Positions 1 to 8,608 of a stretch of 32,000 bases of DNA are shown piece by piece; positions within the stretch are counted from its first letter, which is position 1, and every line of letters begins with the position of its first letter. Under the pieces are notes generated by a model. That model ran no database searches. It was not told where the DNA came from and was given only the letters and a program-made list of their open reading frames with translations. The position numbers and the translations under genes are program-made. The DNA comes from Candidatus Lokiarchaeum ossiferum (GTDB lineage: Archaea > Asgardarchaeota > Lokiarchaeia > Sigyniarchaeales > Promethearchaeaceae): the NCBI GenBank assembly GCA_025839675.1, contig CP104013.1, positions 2,370,001 through 2,402,000 on the forward strand. Reading direction: 5' to 3'.

Positions 1-1
1 G

Positions 2-2263
2 TTCACAACGTGGGCAACAGAAAGAAAAGGGGATGTGGAATTTATTTCCCATACTAATGCATTCCAAACCAATACACCTATAATCACTGGAGTTGCAAGC
101 AGCGGAGATCAAGTAGCAGCCAAAGCAGAACTCATAAGAATAATGGATGAAATGATAGAAATCTACGGATGTTACAAATCTATGTACATCTTAGATACAG
201 AGGGACTTATTGTAGCCTTGACTACTGCTGATGGCGTCGAATCGGTGTCGGAAGAAGGGGATGATGAATCTTCTGAGTTTGAAGTATCTTATATCATTGA
301 CAATAAAGATGTTACAGGATACGTATTTATGTCCGATTTTCATTTACAAGAGGGAGATGTTCAACTCGCAGTTTCTTCTCCAATTTATGATGTATCCGGT
401 ACTTTTAGTGGAATAATTGTTTTTCAAGTAGATTTGGTGTCATTCAATGCATTAATGCAAGATACAGAAGGATTGGGTGAATCGGGCGAAACCTATGTAG
501 TAAATAAAGATTTAGAATGGATATCACAATCTAAATTTTCCACCATGAAACTCCTTGAAGACAGTATCACTCAACCAGGAGCCATTTCTGCATTGGAAGA
601 TAATCTGGATGTCATCATTGAAAATGATGATTATCGTGGTATTCCTGTTTTTGGAGCTTATATCTATATTAATGCTGTTGAAGATGCAGGATGTTCGATT
701 GCAGGAACCGAATGGATTTTGGTAGCGGAAATTGATAGTAAGGGGGAGGCATTGGTCCCGGTTCAAACTCAACTAATTTCGACATTGATCATAATTGGAG
801 TATCCATTATTGCAATTGGAATAATTGCTTGGTTTATTGGATCGAGTACAGCAAACCCAATAAAGGAATTAGCCGGTGTGAGTCAAATCATCGCAAAGGG
901 AAATTATAATACCGAAATCGAGGTAAAAGCCAATGATGAAGTTGGTGAATTGGTGGAAAATTTCTCCGTTATGGTTGGAAATATTCGCCAAAATCAAGAA
1001 TTTGTTCGATTATTGGTTGATTCTTCAGCATCACCTTTAGTCCATTTGGATAAAGATTTAGTAATTCAAGATGTTGGCGAATCTTTCACCGATCTCACGG
1101 GATTTCCACGAACACATTATATCGGAAAACCGGTTTCCGTTTATTTTGAGGATGCAAATGAACTCGATCAAGCCGTTGCACTGTTCAATAAAAATGGAGG
1201 ATTAACCCAATTTGAATTCAAACTAGCAAATAATAAAAACAAATCCATAATTGCCCAAATAACAGCGAAGAAACTAATATCTAAAGCGGGGGAAAATTTA
1301 GGAAATCTTACTACATTAGTTGATGTTACAATTATCAAAGAGTTAATCAAAAATGTGTCACAAATTGCTGAGGAAGTTTCTTCCATGTCATCTCAAATTG
1401 CCGAATCGAGCAGTCAAATCAATATGTCTGTGCAAGAAGTCACAGGAGGAACTCAAGAAGTTGCCCGAGGTGCACAACATCAAACTCAAAGCGTGAATAT
1501 TATTTCCGATGCTGTAATGCGCGTACAAGAAGTAAGTAAAAACATAGTGTCGAATTCAGATGAACTTGCCCAAGATGGTGCCGCAGGTCAAGATATGGCC
1601 CAGAAGGGAAAGGATTTAACCGATGACTTAGTCATCCGGATCAACGAAATTACAACCGGAGCAAATAAAGTATCCATTGTAATGGGATCTCTAGAAGATA
1701 AAAGCAAAGCAATTAATAAAATTGTGGATGTAATTTCTGGAATTGCCACGGAAACCAATTTACTCGCGTTGAATGCAGCCATTGAGGCCGCTCGAGCAGG
1801 AGATGCAGGTAAAGGGTTTGCAGTTGTAGCAGAACAGGTCCGGAAATTAGCTGAAGATTCCAAACAAGCGGCGGATCAAATCAATGATTTGATTAAAGCC
1901 ATTCAAGTGGAAGTGGTAGATGCAGTTAAAGCCACTGATACAACTGTAGTCGCGATCAATGAAGGTCAAACGGCTTTAGATGGCACGAAAGTCCAGTTAG
2001 ATGCGCTGTTTGGAGTAATCAACAAAACAAATATCGGAATCAAGGAAACTATCGATAAAGTCACCACACAAGATGGCCATATTGCTAATATTGTGGATAA
2101 TGTCGAGAAAATTAATGTAGTCATTGAGCAAAGTTCAGGGACCGCTCAAGAACTTTCCTCATCCACAGAAGAAATGGCTTCGACCTTGGAAGAAATGAGT
2201 GCCGCTGCAGAAGAACTCAATGCAGCAGCAACCAAGTTATTCGATGAGATCAAACAATTATAA
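2..2263 (+). CDS. Methyl-accepting chemotaxis protein (Cache-like sensor, TM, HAMP, PAS, MCP signalling domain); 5' end probably cut by the window edge
   Basis: The ORF track starts at GTG 35, but the same frame is open back to nt 2 with no stop, and no N-terminal TM helix precedes the extracellular sensor region. A TM helix [23 protein letters not shown] is followed by a HAMP-like segment ([17 protein letters not shown]). The highly conserved MCP hairpin motif is present: [36 protein letters not shown]. Confidence 0.9.
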   Translation, partial: FTTWATERKGDVEFISHTNAFQTNTPIITGVASSGDQVAAKAELIRIMDEMIEIYGCYKSMYILDTEGLIVALTTADGVESVSEEGDDESSEFEVSYIIDNKDVTGYVFMSDFHLQEGDVQLAVSSPIYDVSGTFSGIIVFQVDLVSFNALMQDTEGLGESGETYVVNKDLEWISQSKFSTMKLLEDSITQPGAISALEDNLDVIIENDDYRGIPVFGAYIYINAVEDAGCSIAGTEWILVAEIDSKGEALVPVQTQLISTLIIIGVSIIAIGIIAWFIGSSTANPIKELAGVSQIIAKGNYNTEIEVKANDEVGELVENFSVMVGNIRQNQEFVRLLVDSSASPLVHLDKDLVIQDVGESFTDLTGFPRTHYIGKPVSVYFEDANELDQAVALFNKNGGLTQFEFKLANNKNKSIIAQITAKKLISKAGENLGNLTTLVDVTIIKELIKNVSQIAEEVSSMSSQIAESSSQINMSVQEVTGGTQEVARGAQHQTQSVNIISDAVMRVQEVSKNIVSNSDELAQDGAAGQDMAQKGKDLTDDLVIRINEITTGANKVSIVMGSLEDKSKAINKIVDVISGIATETNLLALNAAIEAARAGDAGKGFAVVAEQVRKLAEDSKQAADQINDLIKAIQVEVVDAVKATDTTVVAINEGQTALDGTKVQLDALFGVINKTNIGIKETIDKVTTQDGHIANIVDNVEKINVVIEQSSGTAQELSSSTEEMASTLEEMSAAAEELNAAATKLFDEIKQL

Positions 2264-2275
2264 TTTATTTCTCAC

Positions 2276-2283
2276 TTTTTTTT
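2276..2283 (+). terminator. Oligo-T tract downstream of the MCP gene (archaeal-type terminator signal)
   Basis: A T8 run begins 13 nt after the TAA stop (2261-2263) and is followed by more T-rich sequence (cttcctttt). Archaeal RNA polymerase terminates at oligo-T tracts. Confidence 0.4.
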
Positions 2284-2383
2284 CTTCCTTTTAGTTAAGG
2301 GTGACATAATTTTATATAATATAATCTGATATTTTTCCATCAAATAAAAAGGTCGAATTTCATATACATTGAGTTGCTTCAAC

Positions 2384-2395
2384 TATATATATAAA
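2384..2395 (+). promoter_or_regulatory. TATA-like box upstream of the candidate selenoprotein ORF
   Basis: TATATATATAAA at 2384-2395. The usual archaeal spacing of about 26 nt to the TSS would place the TSS near ATG 2414, giving a leaderless or near-leaderless transcript. Alternatively, AGGAG at 2398-2402 serves ATG 2408 from a more distal promoter. Confidence 0.3.
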
Positions 2396-2407
2396 GAAAG
2401 GAGATGA

Positions 2408-2713
2408 ATGGAAATGGAAATTAAGGAAAATGCCCAGAAATATATTTCTTCGTTGGGATCTAAGTTGAAAACACCTTCCGTCATGATCTATGAAAAAACA
2501 TATAAAAGTTGATGTGGAACATCCAGTTATCTTAAAATCCGTGTTATGAACAGTGAAGAAATCTTCGATCCAGAATCATATGTTATTCATAAATTGGATA
2601 AGGTTCCATTTCCAATCTATGTTGAAGCAAAACTTCAGGATCTATGGAATTCTTTGGTTATTTACGTGGATGGAAAATATAGCTACAAACAATTAATGAT
2701 CATGAAAGATTGA
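2408..2713 (+). CDS. Candidate selenoprotein, small HesB/IscA-like (U-C-G motif) protein with in-frame TGA at 2510-2512
   Basis: Not in the ORF track. My manual translation reads MEMEIKENAQKYISSLGSKLKTPSVMIYEKTYKS-TGA-CGTSSYLKIRVMNSEEIFDPESYVIHKLDKVPFPIYVEAKLQDLWNSLVIYVDGKYSYKQLMIMKD-TGA(2711-2713). The frame has 34 sense codons before and 66 after the internal TGA. The next in-frame ATG lies 12 codons past the TGA. AGGAG at 2398-2402 lies 5 nt before ATG 2408. TYKS-U-CGTSSYLKI aligns by eye with E. coli IscA RTSGCSGMAYVLEF. Confidence 0.55.
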
Positions 2714-2790
2714 AAATCCGTTGGAATGAAATAAGTCGACAAACTTCGCGATCTATGGACCCCGTGCCCTCGGATGATGGATAGTTATGG
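2714..2790 (+). promoter_or_regulatory. Candidate SECIS-type structured 3' UTR element
   Basis: This is the only GC-rich patch in any intergenic region of the window (cgcgatctatggaccccgtgccctcggatgatgg). Three pairings can be traced by eye. AUCCG 2716-2720 pairs with CGGAU 2771-2775. AUAAGUCG 2731-2738 pairs with CGAUCUAU 2749-2756, with one mismatch and one G-U. CCG 2762-2764 pairs with CGG 2771-2773, closing a 6-nt loop followed by A2774. The fold was not computed and the alternatives are mutually exclusive. Confidence 0.3.
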
Positions 2791-2822
2791 AATTAAAAAA
2801 AAAGAGACTGATTTTTTGCAAT

Positions 2823-4484
2823 TTACTTCTTTTTGTTTTTCACGGCACTTGGAACCATTTTTGGGCCCAATTTACCCGCTTTTAGCATATCAGTAAGAGT
2901 ATCACGTAATTTATACTTTTGAATCTTTCCTCTACCACTCAAGGGTAATTCAACATCAAAATTTACAAATCTTGGCACACTAGGGCTGTTAATTTTCCCA
3001 TAGCAATAATCGACTACATCTTGCTCAGTTAATTTCGATTCTGGAGGACGATGAACAACAGCAGCAACTAATTCACCATATTCTTTATCGGGAACGCCCA
3101 CAACAGCCACCTCCATAATATCTGGATGTTGGATCAGGAAATTTTCAACCACTTTTGGATAGACATTGAATCCGCCATAGATGACCATATCTTTCTTTCT
3201 TCCGACGATTTTGAAATAGCCATTCTCATCCACTGTAGCTAAATCCCCAGTGTGAAGATAACCTTTATCATCGATTGGTTGAAATTCAGATTTTAAATAT
3301 CCTTTCATAACGTTGTATCCTTTAACTACGAGTTCTCCTTTTTCACCAATCGCAACTTCTTCATTATCATCATCAAAAATGCGCACATCAATATCAGGTA
3401 TGGCTTGTCCCACAGATTCAACTCTGTTTTCAAAAGAATCATCAGGTTTGGTCAAAGTAATGATAGGACTTGCTTCAGTTAATCCATAACCAATAATGAT
3501 ATCTTGCATTTGCATTTCATTAATAATCCCTTTCAATGTATCAGGAGGACAAGGGGCACCTGCGATAATCCCAGTTCGAAGATGAGAAACATCGATTTCA
3601 GGATGATCTTTTAAATATCTTAAGTATCGCATGAAATGAGTTGGAGTTCCATGAGCCACAGTCACACCTTCATCCATAACCTTTTTCATTGCAATTGAAG
3701 GTGTTTGATCCAACAGTGGGATCATGGTTGATCCGGTCAAACAAGCCGTTGTAATTCCCAAAGTATTCCCAAAACAATGAGAAAAGGGCACAGGAATTAA
3801 ATATTTATCAGAGGGGCCACATTCCATTACATTGGCAGTATCAACCGTATTCCGAATAATGTTATAATGAGTTAATTGTGCACCTTTTGGTGTTCCAGTG
3901 GTCCCTGAGGTATATAGAATGAAGGTGACATCATCTTTATTGATGGAATCTTGCACTTCATGTAAGGCTTTTAAATTTGCTTCATCCAATGGAACATTCA
4001 TCACGTCTTTCATGTTCACGATGCCTTCCATCTCAGATTCAACTTTCTCAGGATTATCCATCAACACAATGTTGCGAAGATCAGGCACCTCAGAGCGAAA
4101 TGATTCCACCATTGGAATGTAGTCAGAGGTACAAATGATGGCAACAGACTCAGAATGGTGCATAATGAATTTTGCTTCGTGAGGTTTATACCACGAATCC
4201 ATTGGAATTAAGGTAACTCCAATTTTAGGTAAAGCAAACCAAGCAACAATCCACTCATAAATATTGAGGGCCCACACTCCGGCTCGCTCTCCTTTTTTCA
4301 AACCTAATTTTTGTAATCCAATTGCAAGTTTTTCGATATCTTCATGGAGTTCTTTCCAAGTTTTTCGTAAATTGTCAAAGACTGCCGCTTCAATAGTAGG
4401 ATAAAGACCAGCTACAATATCGATCAATCCACCAATTGTGAGGTTTTTTTCCATTTCAGTAAGAATTTTATTATCAATAGCCAT
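2823..4484 (-). CDS. AMP-dependent acyl-CoA synthetase/ligase (fatty-acid-CoA ligase family)
   Basis: 553 aa with adenylate-forming superfamily motifs: LYTSGTTGTPKGAQLTH (A3), GYGLTE (A5), TGDLA (A8) and the C-terminal catalytic Lys context GRGKIQKYKLR. Confidence 0.9.
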   Translation of the reverse strand: MAIDNKILTEMEKNLTIGGLIDIVAGLYPTIEAAVFDNLRKTWKELHEDIEKLAIGLQKLGLKKGERAGVWALNIYEWIVAWFALPKIGVTLIPMDSWYKPHEAKFIMHHSESVAIICTSDYIPMVESFRSEVPDLRNIVLMDNPEKVESEMEGIVNMKDVMNVPLDEANLKALHEVQDSINKDDVTFILYTSGTTGTPKGAQLTHYNIIRNTVDTANVMECGPSDKYLIPVPFSHCFGNTLGITTACLTGSTMIPLLDQTPSIAMKKVMDEGVTVAHGTPTHFMRYLRYLKDHPEIDVSHLRTGIIAGAPCPPDTLKGIINEMQMQDIIIGYGLTEASPIITLTKPDDSFENRVESVGQAIPDIDVRIFDDDNEEVAIGEKGELVVKGYNVMKGYLKSEFQPIDDKGYLHTGDLATVDENGYFKIVGRKKDMVIYGGFNVYPKVVENFLIQHPDIMEVAVVGVPDKEYGELVAAVVHRPPESKLTEQDVVDYCYGKINSPSVPRFVNFDVELPLSGRGKIQKYKLRDTLTDMLKAGKLGPKMVPSAVKNKKK

Positions 4485-4775
4485 GTTTACTAACCCATTT
4501 TATTCCCATTTTCATAAATAGGATAAATTGTGATTAATTTATTCTCATTCAAATTTAAAAGCTGTTCTACCCTCACTGAAATGAATTCCAAAATTGTTAC
4601 AATATTTGAATTATTGGGAAATTTCATATGGTATTTTTTACATTATGCAAATTTTCATCAGTTTGATGAATGAAAATCGAAGGGACTAGATTAGATCACG
4701 TATGAAATCATGCTTTTTCATTGTACATGTTAAGTTTATTTTTCAAAATAGCATACTATTTTTTATAGATAAACC

Positions 4776-6368
4776 ATGCAAAATAATACTGAAAAAAATG
4801 ATAGTAAGTACCATCAATTCTTTGAAACAATTGAAGATCCGATTGTAGTTTTCCAGATTGATAATGATGGTTTACCATCCTTTTTTTCCGAGGTAAATGA
4901 AGCCGCTTGTAACTTGCTGGAATATTCTCGAGACGAATTACTCTGCAAAAAACCCCAAGAATTAGATGAAAAATTCAAAATCAATACTGAATGGTTTGTG
5001 AAAGAATTACTTGAGACCAAATATTTACGGTATGAAGGGAATCTAATACCAAAGGGGAATAAAAGCATTCCTGTAGAAATTCATGCCAAATTAATTAATA
5101 ATTATGACCCTCCATTGATACTTTCTGTTATTCGAGATATTTCGGATAAAATTCAATTTGAAACAGCCCAAATGGAATTATTTGGAGCTTTTTCATCAAA
5201 ATTGAAGGGAATCTTTCAAGCCTTTCCAGATCTATATTTAAAAGTGGATTATGAGGGCAAAATTTGCGATTCTTATGCAGAAGATTATTCAAAATATCAA
5301 TTAGAAAATGCAGACAATTTAAACAAACGAATTTCAGAGATTTTACCCAAAGAATCAATTTTCCAGATATTACAGGGTTTGAAAGAAGTTAAAAGAACAA
5401 ACCACCTAGTAACAGTCGAATTTCAGTTAAATAAAACAAAGGAAGACCAATTTTTTGAAGCACGAATGGTTCCTTATGATCAACATCATGCAATAGTATT
5501 ATTACGTGATATCTCAAAAAGAATTCAAGCTGTGCGTGCACTTGAGTTGGAACATGAAAAAAAAAGAAGGCTGGAATCCCAACTTCTCCAGCGTCAGAAG
5601 ATGGAAGCCATTGGACAACTCACGGGAGGCATTGCCCATGATTTTAATAATATTCTGATGTCTATAGAAATGAACGCAGATCTCGCGACATCCATCTTAG
5701 AACAACAAAATCAAAAAATAGATGCGATTAATGACCTAAATGAGGCAGTAAAGCGAGGGAAAGATTTAACTAATCGGTTACTTACTTTTAGTCGAAAAAA
5801 GCCTATTAAAGCAGAATTAATGAACTTGAATAGAGGTATAGAAGATATACAAAAAATGCTAAAGTGGCTCATTCCTAATGAAATAAAACTTGTTTTGGAT
5901 TTAGATCCAAGAATAGGACTTATCAGGACGGATCGGATCCAATTCGATCAGATAATTATGAATCTTGCTGTCAATGCACGAGATGCAATAGTGGAGGCAA
6001 ATTCACATCGAGAAAAGCGACAAATCCTTATATCTACTACCATAATTACTCTCGATCACGCAATTGAAACCAAAATATCTTTCATCCCTCCAGGAAAATA
6101 TTATGTAATGAATGTCCAAGATACAGGCATAGGTATGACTACAGCTACCCTTGACCGAATTTTCGAACCCTTTTTCACGACTAAAGAGGAGGGAAAAGGA
6201 ACCGGAATTGGATTAGCAACAGTATATGGAATTGTAAAGCAAAATAATGCTTTTATTCATGTAGAAAGCAAATTCGGCCAAGGAACAAATTTTCAAATAT
6301 ATTGGCAAGTTGAACAAGACCCGAAAACAAGAAAAAATGGAAAGGATAATGAATCTGTTGTTTTTTAA
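4776..6368 (+). CDS. Soluble PAS-domain sensor histidine kinase (PAS-PAS-HisKA-HATPase_c)
   Basis: 530 aa with no TM segment. The H-box is GGIAHDFNNILMSI, the N-box NLAVNARDA, and the G-boxes DTGIGM and GKGTGIGLATVYGIV. The N-terminal half has PAS-like segments (FFETIEDPIVVF...). Confidence 0.88.
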   Translation: MQNNTEKNDSKYHQFFETIEDPIVVFQIDNDGLPSFFSEVNEAACNLLEYSRDELLCKKPQELDEKFKINTEWFVKELLETKYLRYEGNLIPKGNKSIPVEIHAKLINNYDPPLILSVIRDISDKIQFETAQMELFGAFSSKLKGIFQAFPDLYLKVDYEGKICDSYAEDYSKYQLENADNLNKRISEILPKESIFQILQGLKEVKRTNHLVTVEFQLNKTKEDQFFEARMVPYDQHHAIVLLRDISKRIQAVRALELEHEKKRRLESQLLQRQKMEAIGQLTGGIAHDFNNILMSIEMNADLATSILEQQNQKIDAINDLNEAVKRGKDLTNRLLTFSRKKPIKAELMNLNRGIEDIQKMLKWLIPNEIKLVLDLDPRIGLIRTDRIQFDQIIMNLAVNARDAIVEANSHREKRQILISTTIITLDHAIETKISFIPPGKYYVMNVQDTGIGMTTATLDRIFEPFFTTKEEGKGTGIGLATVYGIVKQNNAFIHVESKFGQGTNFQIYWQVEQDPKTRKNGKDNESVVF

Positions 6369-6371
6369 TTG

Positions 6372-6950
6372 TTATAATTTAAAATCAGAAAAAATTTGCC
6401 GCATTGTTTTCATCAGTTGATTGAGACTAACATCATTAAAGAAATAACCCCAATATTTCGAAATTTGCAATAGAAGATGGATATATTGATCAGCATATTG
6501 TGGTTGCTGGAAATCAGCTAATAAAAGATATCCAATACATTCATAATTCAATTTGATCTGTAGGATTACCATTGTTTGTGTTGTATCCCAAAGAAAAAGT
6601 TGTTTGGAAGAAGGTAAATTGCGAGGAAGAACTGATTTAGAATGTGAAAACTCGAAATCTTCAAACATATAGCAGGTGATTTGACTTTTATCTATTATAT
6701 CGTAGTATTTGATTTTTTTAGGAGAAGTTAGGGTAAAAAAGAATTCTAAACTTTTTTGAATCATAATATTCCGATTAGTTAGAGTTGATATCTGCCTCAT
6801 GAAATCTAAAATGATTTCCTTATCAGCATTTTTTTTTAGATTCTGAACCTCATTACTGATTATATTATTTTCCTTCTCAGAGGTTTGAATAGTCATTTGT
6901 TTTATTTCTCCTAGATAAATTAGGAATTGTAAACTAAATAAAACTTTCAA
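6372..6950 (-). CDS. Hypothetical protein (possibly GAF-like); true start may be ATG 6896
   Basis: 192-aa ORF with no competing ORF, convergent with the kinase gene across a 3-nt gap. No motif I can name. CIGYLLLADF is only vaguely GAF-like. An internal start MTIQTSEK at 6896 follows GGAGAA. Confidence 0.45.
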   Translation of the reverse strand: MKVLFSLQFLIYLGEIKQMTIQTSEKENNIISNEVQNLKKNADKEIILDFMRQISTLTNRNIMIQKSLEFFFTLTSPKKIKYYDIIDKSQITCYMFEDFEFSHSKSVLPRNLPSSKQLFLWDTTQTMVILQIKLNYECIGYLLLADFQQPQYADQYIHLLLQISKYWGYFFNDVSLNQLMKTMRQIFSDFKL

Positions 6951-7039
6951 TGATCAAAATAAGCATTTCTACTAACTGAACATTTATGATTAAATTCAAA
7001 AATGCTATTTTTTTATTTGTTTAAACCATAGTTTATTTC

Positions 7040-8449
7040 ATGGGTGTTCAAGAAACAAGTAATTTATTGCTTATTGATGATAAGGTGTCCATTAAAACAA
7101 AGATTGCCTTTGGTCTATCTGGAGCTTCATCTTCGGTCATGGAAGGAATGGTTTTCGGCTCTATTACATATTTCTACAATGTTAAATTGCTCCTTGATGG
7201 CGGTCTTATTGGAATTGCATGGATCATTTTTGGATTTTGGAATGCTTTAAATGATCCTATACTAGGGATCATGCAAGAAAAAACACAAAGCAAGTTGGGA
7301 AGAAGAATTCCCTATATTCGATACGGATCATTGTTTTTTGGAGCATTATTTATTCTTAGCTGGATCCCTCTCTTTGGAAGAAGTGAGACAGCATTGTTTA
7401 TTAATTTTATTTTAGTTCTATTTTTATTTGACACGATATTCACGTTAGTTGGACTTGTTAATTATTCGTTGCCTGCCGAAATGGCGATGACTGCCAAGTC
7501 ACGTGCGAGTATAAGCGCATATACCACAATTTTAGGCGCCATAGGCGTTTTAATCTCAATGGTAGTCCCAATGATACTATTCACAGAAGGGCGAGACTTA
7601 CCACCATCATTCTATCCAACTATTATCATTATTGGACTAGCAAGTACCTTAATAATGTTTGTTTCCAGTTTCTTTTTGAAAGAAAATCAATATGCCCAAC
7701 AAGAAGAAACTCTCGGGTTCTTTGAATCTATAAAATGGTGTTTGAAAAACAAGCCTTTTTTAATTAATGAAGTGAATTTTTTCTTTTTCCAGATAGCTTA
7801 CACAATCTTAACGAGCGCAATTTTTTACTATGTGGATTTCGTTTTAGAATTGGGAGGAGATCAATCATTTTATCCGGTAATCGCGGTTTTTATCACCATT
7901 TTTATAGCTGCGGGATTCATTAGCACGAAAGTTGAAAAATGGGGGTTAAAAAAAATATATATCGGTTGTCTCCTATTTTCTGGAGTGATGTTTTTCATTG
8001 CATATTTTGTAGGATCCTATTTCATACCCGGAGTAATTATGATGGCACTGATTGGGTTTGGGATCGGTGGACGAATGGTGACTGAAGGAGTTATCATGGC
8101 CGATATTATTGATTTTGATGAAACTCAAACCGGCAAAAGAAGAGAGACCACCTATGCGGGAGTAAATGCATTATTTATTAAACCAGCCATATCGATTGGG
8201 AACTGGTTATATTTAAAAATATTCGGAATCTATGGATTTAATCCTGAATCCGCAGTGCAAGGTCCAGATGTAAAAGACGGAATTTTACTCGGATTTTTCT
8301 TGATTCCAGGGATAATTATGCTCATTAGTGCGTTAGCAATGAAATTTTATCCATTAGATGGACCAGAATGGAAGAAAAAGAAAATTGAAATGCAATTGAT
8401 CCATCAACAAAAAGAAAAAGATTTTTTGAGCATTTTAAAAAAAAAGTAA
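7040..8449 (+). CDS. GPH/MFS_2-family cation symporter (glycoside-pentoside-hexuronide type)
   Basis: 469 aa with about 12 hydrophobic helices. The GPH-type loop motif is NALNDPILGIMQEKTQSKLGRRIPYIRYG. The central cytoplasmic loop is KENQYAQQEE. Confidence 0.8.
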   Translation: MGVQETSNLLLIDDKVSIKTKIAFGLSGASSSVMEGMVFGSITYFYNVKLLLDGGLIGIAWIIFGFWNALNDPILGIMQEKTQSKLGRRIPYIRYGSLFFGALFILSWIPLFGRSETALFINFILVLFLFDTIFTLVGLVNYSLPAEMAMTAKSRASISAYTTILGAIGVLISMVVPMILFTEGRDLPPSFYPTIIIIGLASTLIMFVSSFFLKENQYAQQEETLGFFESIKWCLKNKPFLINEVNFFFFQIAYTILTSAIFYYVDFVLELGGDQSFYPVIAVFITIFIAAGFISTKVEKWGLKKIYIGCLLFSGVMFFIAYFVGSYFIPGVIMMALIGFGIGGRMVTEGVIMADIIDFDETQTGKRRETTYAGVNALFIKPAISIGNWLYLKIFGIYGFNPESAVQGPDVKDGILLGFFLIPGIIMLISALAMKFYPLDGPEWKKKKIEMQLIHQQKEKDFLSILKKK

Positions 8450-8455
8450 ATTCTA

Positions 8456-8480
8456 CCTATAGATTTATAGGTGTTTTTTT
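8456..8480 (+). terminator. Hairpin plus oligo-T terminator after the transporter gene
   Basis: CCTATA-gatt-TATAGG (8456-8471, 6-bp stem, 4-nt loop) is followed by tgTTTTTTT (T7 at 8474-8480). It begins 7 nt after the TAA stop. Confidence 0.5.
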
Positions 8481-8608
8481 CACTCTTTATATAGATTAAT
8501 CCATACGAGGAAATTATTCTAAATCAGTAGATATAAATAGAAGAAATGATATGTAGAATAATATATAGATTTGTTAAATCTACCTACCCTACAAAAATGG
8601 TGACTCAT

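Noticed and set aside
2404-2424. ATG at 2404 as the start of the small gene in the gap
   Set aside because: That frame reads MNGNGN and stops at TAA after six codons. The productive frame starts at ATG 2408 or 2414.
6962-7006. 7-bp inverted repeat AGCATTT / AAATGCT with a 31-nt spacer upstream of the GPH transporter gene
   Set aside because: The arms are short and AT-rich with a long spacer. The pairing is at chance level for this composition.
8546-8608. N-terminal extensions given by the ORF track for the SDR gene (8546), lysC (18369), metY (19937), the thioesterase (30706), the CPBP gene (27413) and the PTA-like gene (26232)
   Set aside because: The extra residues precede the family's canonical N-terminal motif, often begin at TTG/GTG, and skip a better SD or TATA-spaced ATG. 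I used the internal ATG starts, but this remains unverified.
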